The position numbers were made by a program, and so were the translations under genes. The notes beneath the pieces were generated by a model. The model was not told the origin of the DNA. It searched no databases and saw nothing but the letters and a program-made list of their open reading frames with translations. From the human T2T-CHM13v2.0 reference genome, Homo sapiens, in assembly GCF_009914755.1 (NCBI RefSeq), contig NC_060933.1: a stretch of DNA of 64,000 bases; one strand, 5' to 3'. Positions 52,301 to 64,000 of the stretch are shown here, piece after piece (the stretch's first letter is position 1; each line of letters opens with the position of its first letter).

Positions 52301-55300
52301 GGGAAGCTGTCTGCGGCCCACAGTTCAGGGCCCCACACAGACCTTTTACATGCTGTGTGACCTGGGGCAGCGTGTCTCTCTCTCTGAGTGTCGACTTTCT
52401 CATCTGTGACGTGGGGTGAGGGCACTTGCTGCCCAGGTGGTTGTGAGGGTTGACTGAAGTAAGGCCTGTCCTTCAGTTCTTGCCTGGGAGCAGGGAAGGC
52501 CCTGGCTGGGGTTGCCTCTGAACCTCAGTGTCTTTGAGGGCTGGGAGGAGGAGTTTCTTCTTCTGGGTTCTGGGGGTTCATGCAGGATTGCCCGTCAGCA
52601 TCCTGCAGCCCCTGGAATAGGGGGCGCTCAGTGTAGGGCAAAGGAACGTGAGGAGGGCATGAGTGTTGTATCTCATGGGAAGAAGCATTTTTTTGGGAGG
52701 AGTGGTTGCAGGGGCAGCTAGTTCTGGAACCATCCTAGGACCTAGAAATTGCTCGGGGCCAGGAAGCGAGACCAGTCACTGGGTGCAACCTTGACATAGG
52801 CTTGAGGGGTCACGTCCCCTGCCCTGTCCCCATCTTGCTCAGTGGCCAGAGGAGAGACCGTGTGCACTTGGTGGACTGCCACGGGCCTGGGGGCCTCGGG
52901 ACCAACCCTCCATCCGCCCGTCCCCAGCCGGGCGCGGCACTGAGCTGAGGGAGCCTGCGTTCTTCCTTCAAGCAGAGGATCTTCTGCAACTGTGGGGAAG
53001 AGTGTTTCTTCCCGGAAGGCGGGGCCAGCTGGCTGGGTCAGCAGATGGGCTCCTCTGGCGTCTTCTCACCTTCTGGCCGGTCATTGGCCCTCGTGGCCCT
53101 ACCACAGTGGGGTGGGCATCTCCCCATAGGCCCTCCCCACAGGATGCAGCCCTTCCTCATGGGGCCTGGTCCTGCTGAGGTTCCCGGGGGCCGTGCCCTA
53201 TGTGGCCCTACCTCTGTGCCACCTCTCAAACCGTTGCCTCTGCCTGGCGTGTGTGCCTGCTCTGCCCTTCTTTTTCCATCCTTGTAGGCCTGAGTCCAGC
53301 GTTCCCTGCGCTTGAAGCTGGCCCCAGGAACCTGGCAGGCCAGGGCCCATGCAGTACAAATGTGGACAGGTCTGCCCCCACCCTGCCCTGGGCCTCCCTT
53401 TTTCCCAGCCTCCTCTGGCACCGGCATGTGCGGAGGCTGTGGTGTGTCTCCTCCCTGGGTGGAGGAGTGGGTAGGGGGCTGGCTTTGCAGCTTGGGGTCT
53501 ATCTAGCCTGGTGTCTGGAGAGACTTGTGGGGTGCAGCTTCCTGCCCTTGCCGCCGGAAGGGGCTGAGATTGGGGTCCCGCCCCTTTGCTCCTGACTCAG
53601 CAGCTGCAGGGTGGGGGAAACTGGAGGTTTCTTGACAAAAGCCCCAACCCTGGGCACCCGCCCAAGGCTTAGATTCCTCTTAAAAAGGTGGAAGTGGAGT
53701 CCTTGGTTCCTTTCTCTGGGGGCTCCCAACAGGAGGTTGGGACGGGGCTGGATCCCAGGCCCTGGGCCCTGGAGCCCTCTCCTCCCCACCTCCCGGGCCT
53801 CTGAGAACTGTGCTTCTCTGCTGCGTAGCGCCCTCTGTGGCTCCCCAGGGTGGAGTTCTCACTGCTGCCTGGCCACGGACGCCCCTTCATCCTCAGGAGC
53901 CAGGCAGGCCCCACCACCATACCCCTTAGCAACCAGCTTCCCACTCTGACCGGTGTCTGTCTGTGTGCTGCCTTCCGTAGGAGACTTTCTGAGCTTAGGT
54001 TCCCTCGACGCTCTATGGGCACTGGGCTTCCTGTCCCAACACACTGGTGGTAGTGATGGGACGCAGCCTCTGTGCGGGCCCTGTGCCTGGTGTGGACCCA
54101 GCAGAGTTGGGCAGCGGATGTAGAGTTGGGGAGGGGAGCAGTGACAACCATTCAGAGTGGGCTCTGCCTCCTGCACCCCTGGGCCGTGTGCCTGGGGACA
54201 GCGGCCAGAATCACGAGGCCCAGTGCTCGAGCTGCAGTGTGGATGGGTGGCTTCTCTACCCCAGACTCCAGCTCTCTCCAGCTCAGCGACTGTGGCAGCC
54301 CCTGGTCTGCTGGGACCACTGCCAGTGGCTGAGAAAATGAAAGTGGACGTGCCCTGGAGGTTATGGGCTTCAGGGTCCCCACCGGATTAGTGAGGATAAC
54401 GTATCCCCCTCTAGCTGGTATTTGCACAGCCCACGGCTGTGCTGGCTCTGTGGAGGGCCAGTTGTCAGGTGCTCATGAAGTGTAGCTGCTGGGAAGGAGG
54501 TGGAAAGTTTGGGCCAAAGCCCTGATGGGTTTTTGTGTGCCCTTGGGTGGTCAGCAGTGGGGGTACCTGGTTGGTTCATTGCACTTCAGGCCCTACCCTG
54601 GCACTGGCATGGATCCTCGTGGAGGGTTCTGGAGTTTGGGGTTGGAGAAGCCTCAGCCCTGGCCTTGGTGGCCTCCATCAAGTAGAGACCAAGGCCACAG
54701 GCAGGACGGGGGCTCTGGCGGGAGCCGACATCACATGTCTGGCCTGGCTGCACCCACTAGGTGTTCATCCAGGAGCTGCTGGTAGCCCCGGCAGAGGCTG
54801 TCCCACCAGCTGCCTGCCTCCATTCTCCATAGGAACTTGTGAAACCTGGAACCGAAAAAGAGCCAAGGCAGGAGGGAGCAACTGAAGTTGAAATTAGCTG
54901 CTGCTATATCTCCCCAGCCCCAGCCGTGCCATTGTCAGTGCAAAATGCATGACGGGGAAGGTGAAAATAATCAAAGTCTTGACTCTCTGGCCCGGCTCAT
55001 TCATGACTAAACACGTGTCAGTTCCCGGCACAGATGAACATGGAATGGGTACCCCCGGGTGGGACTGTGGCTGCTCCTGTGTCCAGATGTCCCCTCCTCC
55101 AGGAAGCCCTCCTTGATTTCCCCATTCAGGAGGTCCTCTCCTATACCTGTGTTTCCTGATACATGTGCGTCTTACGGTGTTCATATAGGGACAGTTGAGA
55201 GTCGGGGCAGCAGCCTAGGCCATTTCTGGGGGGTGGGGTCCAGGCGGGGTATGGCTGACAGCCCAGAGTGGTGTGGTATTGGGGGGCCACGCAGGGTCCC

Positions 55301-56183
55301 TCGGCTCTACCACTGCTGGCTCATTCTAAGCACCTGATCAGGACCATGCCGCCCTCCTCTTTAGTTCCTCCTGTTCCGCTGTGGTCCTAGGGGTGGAGTC
55401 CCAGCCCGGGACCTGGCGTTCATCCTTGCCCTGCCCTCCCTGCCCTCCCGCGGCTTGCTGGGGACCAGCTGTGCTGACTAATGTGATGTCTTCAAGCATC
55501 ACAGCTTTGCACTTGCTGTCCCCTCCCCCAAATGCCCTTCTGCCGTTGCCCCTTCAGGTCTCCCTCGGCTGTCGGCTCATCCAGGAGCCTCCCCAGACCC
55601 CCAGCTGCCGTGGCCTCACCCCCACTGGTCCTTGCAGCTGGTTCTGCTTGTTCCTTCTGAGCACTCACCAGGTCCTGCCAGTGGCTGGCCGTTCCCGGGC
55701 GTGTTGGGGGCTCTCGTTAATCTTCTTGACCAGGACCTGGGCTCTGGGGACTAGGGGTGCCCAGGGACTGCAGGACCTGCCCTAGGTCCTGGCACTGCCC
55801 AGCTTCACATTAGTGGGGGAAAGAAGCGTGTGTCTGGGTGCTGTGGGTGGATGCCCCCAAGGGTGGAGCCCCCATTTTGGGGATGTCATGTACCTTCACC
55901 CCACTGTCTGCTCGCACTTGTGTGCTGCTGGAGTCTGAAGCCCAGGGTGGGACAAGGAGCTGCCTCTGAGGGAGGGTCCTCCTGGAGGCCCAGGGGCTTG
56001 AGGAGCCCTTGTCGGGACAGTGTGGGTTGGAAGAGTCACAGGTGGGACTGGCTGGGACCCCACCAGCGCTTCACTGCTCCCATCTTACGGAGGGGGAGGG
56101 CAAGGCTGGTGGGGGGCAGCTTGAGAGGCACTGCTTCCAGGCACCACATCCTGGACCTGGCCCTTGCGGGGAGGGCCCAGCTG

Positions 56184-56375
56184 TCACTGTGGAGGTGGCA
56201 GGCAGGTGGGAGTAGGGTGGTGGCCTTTCCATCACTGTGGAGGTGACAGGCGGGTGGGAGTGGGGTGGTGGCCTCTCTGTCCCTGTGGAGGTGACGGGCA
56301 AGGGTGGGATGGAGGCCTTGCCATCACTATGGGGGTGGCAGGCAGGTGGGGTTGGGGTGGGGACCTCACTGTCAT
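56184..56375. repeat. ~48-bp G-rich minisatellite, ~4 copies
   Basis: TCACTGTGGAGGTGRCAGGC.GGTGGGAGT.GGGTGGTGGCCT units. Confidence 0.85.
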
Positions 56376-59300
56376 CTGTGGGCAGGATGGGGCAGCCATA
56401 AGGAGAGCAGGTAGAGAAAGGGTTAAAGGGCCAAGGGAAGTAATAATGTTTCTAATTTTCCTGTGTAATTTAATGAAAATGTAAATTGCTGGGCAGATGA
56501 CGCGCCCTGCCGCGGTGTTGACCAAGATGAATTGCGGGTGCTCGTGGTCAGCCTGCCTTTGTCTCTGCGCCCTGAGTGCAGCGCAGCTCCTCCGTCTGCC
56601 TGGGAGGCAGACACCGTGCCGTCCACCCTGATGGGGGCCGCAGTGTCCGGGCTTCTGCCGAGCAGGAGGGGGGCCTGGTCAGTCAGAGCCAGCCCCTGCT
56701 GTGACCCCACACCCCTGTCCGGAGGAGCACAAGGCTGGGGGAGGACGGCCAGGGGCCTGCGTTGATGGGCAGGTTCCAGGTATGCGGAGGGTCACTGGCC
56801 AGCGTGGTTAGGGAAAGCCCTCCAGGGGGATGCTGCGGGTGGGCTTGTGCATGGGAAGGAGCAGCCGGTGGGGAGGTGGAGAAGGACCTCTCAGGCCAGG
56901 GGAACGGTGTGTGCAAAGGCCCCAGAGTGGGGCTCACTGGCAGGGGCTGGGGCGGTCAGTTCAGAGCTGGACATTGAGGTCTGGTGGCCAGGAGGGGGCT
57001 GGTGGGTGACAGAGCCAGGCAGGACATGGCCAGAGGTGCTGGGCCTGTCCTGACAGTGGTGAGCATCCTTCAGAGGCCGTGAGTGCTGAGTGAGGGTCCT
57101 GGCTGCCGGTGAGGATGGACCCCAGGGGCAGGAGGGGAGTCCGTGGCCACTTAGGAGGCAGAAGCAGAGGTGGTCATGGCCATGGCTGTGGGGATGGAGG
57201 AGCCGGTGGGTCTGGTTGCAGTTACAGCTGTGGCCAACAGGCCGGGAGAGAGGGCTTGGGGTGACCATGTGGTTTGGGCCTGCACAGTGGTGCTGTTTCT
57301 AGGGACATGAGGCACCAAGGGGAGTCGAGGGTGCCAGGCGCGGCAGTTGCGATTGAGGTCATGCAGGACCCCTGGCAGGTTACAAGAGCAGTGTGCATTG
57401 AATGCCAGAGCTCTGGGGGAGACCTGGAAGCCTCCCAGGAGGTGAAACCCCAGGGTCTGTGGTTGGAGCTTGGAACATTTTGGCGGCAGGACCAGCCAGG
57501 GTTTTGAGAAGGAGGACAGAGCAGCATTTGCTGGTGCAGCGGGCATCGTGGTGCGATGATCTTCAGGATGCAGGGCAGTGAGAGCCAGGTGCAGCTCCTC
57601 TGAGCTCAGGCTGGCTGAGAGGGTCCCTGTAGCCCAGTTTTGTCCCGAGGTCCCCCAGGGCCCATGTGGCTGCTTGTCCCCTGCTGCAGATGGGGAGGCC
57701 AGTCACGGGCAGAATGTTGATCTGATCCCGGGGGACGCAGGTGGCCGACACGTGGGTTGAGTCTTGGCTGAGTTCATCCAGGCTTGAACAGCCACCCTGC
57801 TGTGGCACTGCGATGGAGGGCTGGCTCCTGCCCAGTGCTTCCCGGCCTACGTACGCCCTGTCCTCGGGGTCCTAGGCTGCATGGCACCTGCCCATCCATC
57901 CGCTGTCAAAGGCATCACGTGTCCGCCATGTGCTGCCTCAGGCACAATGCAGGATTCGGTGGTCAGAAGACTTCCCGGACGCTGGACGTCGAGGTGGGTG
58001 AAACCGGGCCTGGGGTTGCAGTCCCTGAGGTAGAGCTGAATTTGGGTGTGTGTGGCTTTGAAACACCCACGACCCCCAGACCTTGGCAGGACCTTACTTT
58101 GGACACCAGCTCTGTACCACCTGAGTGCCAACCGTGGCGTTGCGCCAGCTGGGCCTTGAGACTCGGGAGGGGCTGGCATATCCGAGACCCAGTTCTGTCA
58201 CTTGCAGTGAAGGGCTGGTCCCCGCTGAGAAGGCTGGTGATGCATGGTGGGTACGCTGCTTCCCGGGAGGGGACTTGTGCTGTCCCTGAACTCACCGAGG
58301 GCCAGGAGGGGTCCTGAACACTGCCCTGCCTCATGAGGGCCTGCACAGAGGGTCTTGCAGAAGAAGGGTCTGGCTGGGCCTGCAGACCCCAACTCCCTGC
58401 ACCAGCCTGGCCCCGAGCTCCCACTTCCTCATGCTGGGCACATGGGGAGCCCTGCTGACCCCTGTTCTGCACCTGGACAGCCGGGTGTCATTGGTGGGCC
58501 TGTTGGGCCGGGGCGCCTCGGCCTGGTGGAGGGCTTCGCCGAGCTTGGTGGCAGGGAGGGAAGGCCTCTCCACGGGGAGCAGGAGGGAGGAGAGGGACAG
58601 GCTGGTGGGTCGGGGAAGAGAAGAGGCTGGCTCAGGTGGGCTGGGGTCTTCAGCTGCCACACCTGGCAGTGGTGCTGCGGGGGTGGCTCGGCCCTGAAGC
58701 TCGTGGCGGGCAGGAGTGTGCACGGACAGGGACCCAGCAACTTGGCGAGCATGGGCCAGACAGGGGCAGGGTTCTCAGGTGGCCCCCATGAGTGGGTGAC
58801 ATCAGGAGACCCCGCATCAGGCAAGGTTACCTGTGTGCCTGCTGACTTGTCTCATGAGGTTTGGGGACTTTAGTTCAAGCTGAATGCCTGTCTCCCTGGA
58901 GGCGCAGGGCTGTGCACAGGATTCCCCAGGGCTGGGCCAGCCTGGCGGTGTCCACCCAGGAAGGCTGCTTGGAGGAGGGGCAGAGCTGGGCTAGCTCGGG
59001 TGGGCGGGCGGGTGCCGCAGGCTCTCCTGTGGTAGGAGTCGGGTGGACAGTTTGCACGATCTCATCCTGCCTGTGACACCTTCCTCTCCTCCTGTTTGGG
59101 TCAGCTCCTGGCTGCAGCTGGTGTCTGGAGGTCCCCAGGCACTGCTGGGACCCCTTCCCCAAGCCCAGGACCCCTGATTCATGCCTCTTTCCAGAGCACT
59201 TGCTGGCCTATGGTCAGGAAGAGCAGACCCGCCAGATGGCTGTGTGTGTGTGTAGGGGGGGGTGGAAGGTGGGGGTACAGCTGCCCAGAGATGCCAGGAG

Positions 59301-62300
59301 ATGTCATGCCGATCGCATGCTTTGATTAAACAGCCTGTCTGGGGCCGAGTGGGCAGCTGGTCAGTGTCAGGCTCCCAGGGCAGGATGTATGGAAACCACT
59401 GGGGGAGGGAGGAACTGGCCCCAGAGAGCCAGTGGGGCTGGGGCCGCGGAGTGGCCTGAACACAGTGCTGGCATCGCTCTCTGGCCCCCGCCTCGCCAGC
59501 TGCAGCCTTGGAAGGCCCTTTGCCCCTCCAAGCCTCAGTTTCCTTTTCTGTAAGGGGCATGGCTGTCCTCGCCCCCTGGGTGGTGGCTCAGAGCTGGACA
59601 TGCTGTGAAGTAGCCACCTGCGTGGCGTGCTGGTGGCTGGGGTCCCCAGGGGCTGCCCGTGGGCGGTCAGCTCCATTCGGAGGCCTGTGGTTTCCGGCTA
59701 GTGTCTTCCTTCGGGCACAGCAGGCCCCAGACGATGCCGCATGAGGACTGTGTGGGCCTCTGTGCTGTGCCCTGTGCTGTGCTCACCCACACGGGGAGCC
59801 TGAGGCACTGCCCAGTGGGGCCTCCCTGGCCCAGCTCCACCCTGCCCTTCCCCACGGAGAAGCCAGCCTCCCCCGCAGGAGCAGCTCCATCTGGGGCATT
59901 CTCATGCCTTCTGCCGAGGTGGGTGGGGGTGGGGATTGGGCCAGTGGCTCTGCTTTCCTCCCCACCTGTCCCCACTGCACGAGGAGATGCATTCGAGGGG
60001 CTGAGCGGCTGAGCCTGGGGCCGGCCTGGCCTGGATGGTGCCTCCCCTGCCGCCTTGTCCTCATCTGTACCCAGGGCCAACGTCAGCACCTCGGCTGTGT
60101 GATGGTGTGGAGGCCACCTGTCCAGCACCCACAAGAGGCCCTGTGCCTCAGCAAGGGGGGGCTGAGCATCCCTCACCTGCCTAAGTGTCCTTTCCTATAA
60201 CATGGAGCACCGGCCTCAGACTTCATGGGAAGTGCGTGTGGCCTCAAGGTACAAACACCGCATTGTGAGGAAGCGCTGGCTGCAGGGGGCTGAGCCCTCT
60301 GAATGCTTTGCTTAGGAAATCAGAATGTTGGGGCCCCCTTCTCCCACACAGGCCAGGCTTGGAGCCCGCAGAGTCTGAAGAGGTGGCAGGTCTGGGGCTA
60401 GGAGGCCCGGCGGGAAATCACAGGAGGCCTTGGGCGAGTGCCTGGCCCTGTGGGCTGCAGCGTCCTCCTCAGAGAAGGGGCAGTCGGGAGGTCACTCGAA
60501 AGGGGCCCTATGCCAGCAGCGGGCAGAGGGGAGGGCAAAGTGGTGGTCCCGGGCCCGGCAGGCTGGTTGTGAGGCAGGCTGGTCTCCAGTCCCTGCCTGC
60601 ATTGCTCTGTTCCTCCAGACAGTCCTGACCCCAGCACCCTAAACTCTGCGTCTTCCCATGTGGGGAGCCCCAATAGGGCAGGGATCCTTCACCTCAGGAA
60701 ACGCAATCCCTTCCCTGGCCTGTGAATATTTCATCAGCAGATTAAAAATTGAAGCTGAACCTCCCTGCTCCCCCGGGAGGGTGGAGGAGGGTGCCGGCTC
60801 CGTTTCAGGCCGGTTTGAGTATTTTTCTTGATAATGGAGCTGCGTCAATTAGAAAATGACATTGCTGGTTAAAATGCCGTTCTGCGGCCCTCTTTAATTA
60901 AGGCCGAGATGTAATAACCAATCCGCTGCTGCGAACTTGTTTTTAACCATCAGAACGCGAGGTGAATGACATGGAGTTGGGTTGATCAGAGGCGGGTGTG
61001 CGGGGCCTCGGAGAGATTTATGGAGGCCACGCAGCAGCTGCGGCTCTGGCGGGGCGTGGGGTGTGCCAGTGTGTGTTGGGTCAGATGGGTGCTCTGTTCT
61101 GTGTGCACGTGTGCGTGCATGTGGCATATGTGTGTTGGGACCAGAAGGGCCTGGGGGCTGAGGTTGAGAGTCCTACCAAGTTTGCCTGCATGGGTCATGG
61201 TGCTGGAGCCAGAGGGCGGCTCGGGGCAGCCCGGGGAGGGAGCGAGGCTGCACAGGCTGCGGGAGTCAGAGGCTGTCGAAGGCAGAGTCGGGCTGGGGTG
61301 CAGCAAGGGGAGGGTTCTGGGCATGGGATGAGGATGACAGCGCGGCCCAGGAGCCCCTGTGGGTTTGATGGTGCCTGATGAGATGAGGAAAGGGGCAGAC
61401 TGACTCTGCGCCTCCTGGGGTGCCTGGAAAACCCTGTGGAGGTGCTTGGAGGGCGAGGGGAGGGGAGCAGGGAGGTGGTGTCTGGCCATCCCCTCAGGTG
61501 TCTGAAGGGTGAGTACGGGAAGGGGCTGCCTCGGGGACCCTGGATGAGTCTGGGGCATGAGGAAGCCGGAGGGGCCACAATCCTTCCCTGCTTCTGAGCA
61601 GGGGCCCTGCTCTAGGCCCCAGGTGGGCAGCACAGGACCTGGTGGGGCTGTCCTGCCCTCCCTGCCTCGCCCCTGCCCAGCAGTGGGCAGCAGTGGTCAC
61701 CCGGCAGTGTGCAGACTGTGTGGGAACTGGCGTCTGTCCGGACCACCCAGCCTCCTGCTGGCCCCGCTTTCCTTTGGTGGGACTGAAGATGCACCCTGGC
61801 TGAGCCCTGCAGCTCCCGGGGTGCTGGCTTGACACAGAGGGTCAGCTGCCCCAAGGAAACGAGGTCAGGGCTTGCCTGGGACTATCTGGGGCGGGCAGTG
61901 TGGGGGCCAGCATGGGGCGGGCTCCACAGCTGACGGCTCGCATGCCTGTCTGGGCTGTGTTGGGTCTCGCTTGAGGTTGGAGCGGTCTCCCTTTGGGGAC
62001 ATCCAGGGCTCTTGGGTCTCTCTTTGGCAGGGAATCAGGAGCCCTGGAGACATGGGAGTTCTCTCCTGCTTCCTTGGTGTGAGGAAGTACGTCCTCAGCC
62101 TGCTCTTCTCTCCTTGGGGACACTTGGCCCTGCCTTCTGGTGCCCACTTGGAAAGCCAGCTGGGGGCTGTGACGTTTGTTGACACCCTCCCACCACCTGT
62201 GCTCTCTGGGCTGGCCTCTGGGGGTGCAGGCTGGGGGGATGAGCCACCCCAGGTACAGGGTCCCCTTCTGGAGGGGGGAGGAGGGGCTGGGGCTGCTGGT

Positions 62301-63659
62301 GTGGCTGGGAGGGGCAGGCCCATAACTGGGAGGTTCTGGGGCTTGAGGAAGAATCCCAACTTTTACTTTTGAAACAAGAGCAAACAGCAAATTGAGCTCT
62401 CCCGGCTGTGGAGGAGGTGGGCTTGTTTTCTTCGGTGGATTTCCTGGAGTCCTTCTCAGGGGTATCCCTGGTGTGCAGAGGTGGGATCTCTGATGGCCCA
62501 TGGTTGTAGGAGGCCTTGGGCCAGCATACTGGAGAGTGGGAAGGCAGGTGGTCTGGGAAGGTGGTGAGTGCACATGTGTGCATGTGTGTGCACGGCCCCA
62601 TGCATGTACACCGCACGTGTATGCACATTAAGCTGGTGTCCCGTCATGTGGCCCGGCCACAGGCATCCTTCACTTTGAGCAAACCGTCACTTACTTTCAA
62701 AGGCGTGTTCATTGCCCAGTGGTGCCCCAGCAGCTTCCACGGCCCCACGAGTCCACGAGCCCCTGTACCTCCAACACTGCTTCTCCCCACAGCTAGCGGG
62801 GAGGACGTTGGCAGCTTTTCTGCCTCCTCCTGCTTTCCCCAGGGTGGCAGGGCAGAGGTGCCCTTGGGGTGGGGGTGCCAGGCCCTGGCAGGCAGGAGAG
62901 GGAACTGCTGTCTCCTCATGCTACCCATGGGCCTGGTTGGCCTCCAGGCCTGGGATGTCCCGTTGGGGCCGTGCCTGTTGGGTGTGTACCTGACTTCAGG
63001 CTGAGAATCTGGTGGGACTCCAGCAGCCGTACTCATCCACGAGCCCTGCTGGCGGTGAGCTCGGACAGCCTGGCTGCATTTGGGGAACGTGTCCCCAAGG
63101 CTGGTGGTGATGGGACTGTGGGTGGATGAGAGCTAAGGGTGCCTGGTAGCTGTTCACTGCGGATGGAGGGGGCCACAAGCTCCTGGGGAAAGGGGGCAGA
63201 GGCAAAGACGGAGCCTAGACTTCACTGTTGCCACCATAAAATAACACTTAGGTCCATGCCTGGGAAAGCCTAGAGGTGCATTCCAGCCTTTGTGTCTCTT
63301 CTGACGGATGGGATGGGGTGCCTGGGTCCCAGCAGGCACCAGCAGGGAAGGTGGGTTGGTGGATTGGTGATGTCTGCAAGGAGGGCTGTGGGGCACTTCT
63401 GCGTGCCGAGTGCTCCCATCCTGGCCCTGCGGTCTCTGCGGCTAATCTAATGTCTCCCTTCTACCGGGAGCTTAGTACCGCAGCTGCGTGTGTTTTCACT
63501 GTGACTTCTGCAGAATTTTCTGCCCATACTGCTGGCTCTTCTGGGTCCCCCTCCTTGGACAGTGTTGGCGTGAGGAGGTGGTCGGTGCGTGTGTGGTGGT
63601 GGAACGAATGAACTCACCCGGGTTGGAGCCAGCCCCACACTGCCGTGGCTTAGTGGGTC

Positions 63660-63815
63660 TCACCTGGGCTGCCCATCAGGCACTATTGAAGATGAGGAGC
63701 TTTTAAGATTCCTGGTACCCAGGCCACACCCCAGACCCATCAGATCGGCAGCCGTGGGGGTGGTGCCTGGGCACCAGGGCTCCCTGGTGATTCTGTTGTG
63801 CCCCAGGGTGAGCCC
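63660..63815. mobile_element. MER5-like DNA transposon fragment
   Basis: GGAGCTTTTAAGATTCCTG..CCCAGGCCACACCCCAGACC...CTCCCTGGTGATTCT. Confidence 0.55.
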
Positions 63816-64000
63816 TGCTGGTGGAGATGGCCTGGGCCGGGCATTCCCAGGGTTCCTCCTGCAGCTGTGCTGTGCACTGGCCTTCGCTGTAAGACTGAAA
63901 TGTTCAGAGGCCGTGTTGTTGCTCGAAGTCTCAGATCTGGGCCAAACCTGCCTCCGCTGTCTTTGGCCCTCCAGGCTCCCCAGGCTGCAATTGTCCTCGT

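Larger units (their letters stand above)
35838..64000 (+). other. RXRA: RXRA intron 1 (continues beyond window)
   Basis: Starts with GTGAGT. The exon 2 peptide (DFSTQVNSS...) does not appear in the ORF track. Confidence 0.88.

Overview
This is mammalian (Alu-containing, most likely human, 9q34) GC-rich genomic DNA. It contains the promoter CpG island, the first coding exon and the first ~28 kb of intron 1 of RXRA (retinoid X receptor alpha). The only protein-coding sequence I can support is 28 nt (35810-35837, MDTKHFLPL plus a split codon) ending at a canonical GTGAGT donor; exon 2 lies beyond the window. The 35 kb upstream holds 7 Alus, old L1, MLT1/MLT2 LTR, L2 and MIR fragments, several minisatellites and long low-complexity tracts. 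The other ORFs in the track are best explained as chance ORFs from high GC content or repeats. I found no evidence of a novel multi-gene system, CRISPR array or structural RNA gene. The most interesting local signals are: (1) a perfect 49-bp templated insertion with an AT-rich palindromic expansion inside an ancient L1, next to an inverted Alu pair; (2) a minimal ATG-AGT-TAG uORF 8 nt before the RXRA start; (3) nested inverted repeats around the core promoter; (4) strong cryptic splice acceptors in front of an ~850-nt UG-rich intronic tract, resembling a TDP-43-repressed cryptic exon; (5) AT-rich, motif-dense candidate enhancers, some with DR1 elements that could allow RXR autoregulation; (6) a ~41 kb stretch with no Alu.
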